From a virus (lineage: Duplodnaviria; Heunggongvirae; Uroviricota; Caudoviricetes), in the IMG/VR virus record IMGVR_UViG_2648501437_000013: a DNA stretch of 34,339 nt, one strand, 5' to 3'. Position numbers and translations under genes: made by a program. Below the pieces are notes generated by a model. It was not told the DNA's origin. It did no database searches and saw only the letters and a list, made by a program, of their open reading frames with translations. Each line of letters starts with the position of its first letter. Within the stretch, counting starts at the first letter, position 1. Positions 33,909-34,339 of this stretch are shown piece after piece.

Positions 33909-34339
33909 TGGATTTGCCCCTATATTTCCAGACATCTGTTATCACTTAACCCATTACAAGCCTGCTGCCGCAGATATTCCCGTGGCGAGCGATAACCCAG
34001 CGCACTATGCGGATGCCATTCGTTATAATGCTCGAACGCCTCTGCAAGGTTCTTTGCTGCCGTTAACCCGTCTGGTTTGGGCATGATACTGATGTAGTCA
34101 CGCTTTATCGTTTTCACGAAGCTCTCTGCTATTCCGTTACTCTCCGGACTCCGCACCGCCGTGTTCTTCGGTTCAAGTCCCAACATCCGGGCGAACTGGC
34201 GTGTTTCATTAGCCCGGTAGCATGAACCATTATCCGTCAGCCACTCCACTGGAGACGACGGAAGATCGTTGCCGAAGCGGCGTTCCACCGCTCCCAGCAT
34301 GACGTCCTGTACTGTTTCACTGTTGAAGCCGCCGGTAGT
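33909..34339 (-). mobile_element. IS2 (IS3 family), right ~430 bp including the right inverted repeat; truncated by the window edge
   Basis: Terminal TGGATTTGCCCCTATATTTCCAGACATCTGTTATCACTTAA matches the IS2 right inverted repeat as I recall it; adjacent ORF is the C-terminus of the IS2 transposase. Confidence 0.85.
33920..34339 (-). CDS. insD: IS2 transposase OrfB (InsD), C-terminal part; 5' end lies beyond the window
   Basis: DDE integrase-type C-terminus ...[50 protein letters not shown]...; ORF is open to the window edge. Confidence 0.8.
   Translation of the reverse strand, partial: TTGGFNSETVQDVMLGAVERRFGNDLPSSPVEWLTDNGSCYRANETRQFARMLGLEPKNTAVRSPESNGIAESFVKTIKRDYISIMPKPDGLTAAKNLAEAFEHYNEWHPHSALGYRSPREYLRQQACNGLSDNRCLEI

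Overview
34.3-kb window, roughly 90% coding, with almost every gene on the minus strand in tightly packed operons (many ATGA-type start/stop overlaps). The content is a phage-type DNA replication, nucleotide metabolism and recombination module: RNase HI, Dam-family N6-adenine methyltransferase, DnaQ-like 3'-5' exonuclease, an HNH-like DNA-binding protein, thymidylate-kinase-like P-loop kinase, DHFR, ThyA (with an insertion), NrdA/NrdB, RuvC-like resolvase, SbcC/SbcD, RecA/UvsX-like recombinase, flap endonuclease, gp32-like SSB, DnaE, and a MoxR/CobS-like AAA+ ATPase paired with a vWA/CobT-like protein. Embedded in it, on the plus strand, is a P1-type RepA iteron replicon (two DnaA boxes, six clustered GATC sites, about 4 iterons upstream and 12 downstream of repA). 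From memory this combination matches SSU5/pHCM2-like phage-plasmids of Enterobacteriaceae; that assignment is inference, not a database result. The right edge is a truncated IS2 copy whose terminus abuts the start codon of the vWA gene. No rRNA, tRNA or CRISPR array was found. Main unexplained signals: a recurrent ~20-bp palindrome (ATAGGTAAGTGATTACCTAT-like) at the head of many transcription units, a near-identical 20-nt leader in front of at least seven genes, a 530-bp ORF-free structured region, and an AT-rich plus-strand island with its own terminator. The ORF track uses non-ATG starts (e.g. TTG, GTG), so several starts are re-assigned below; my manual coordinates may be off by 1-2 nt.
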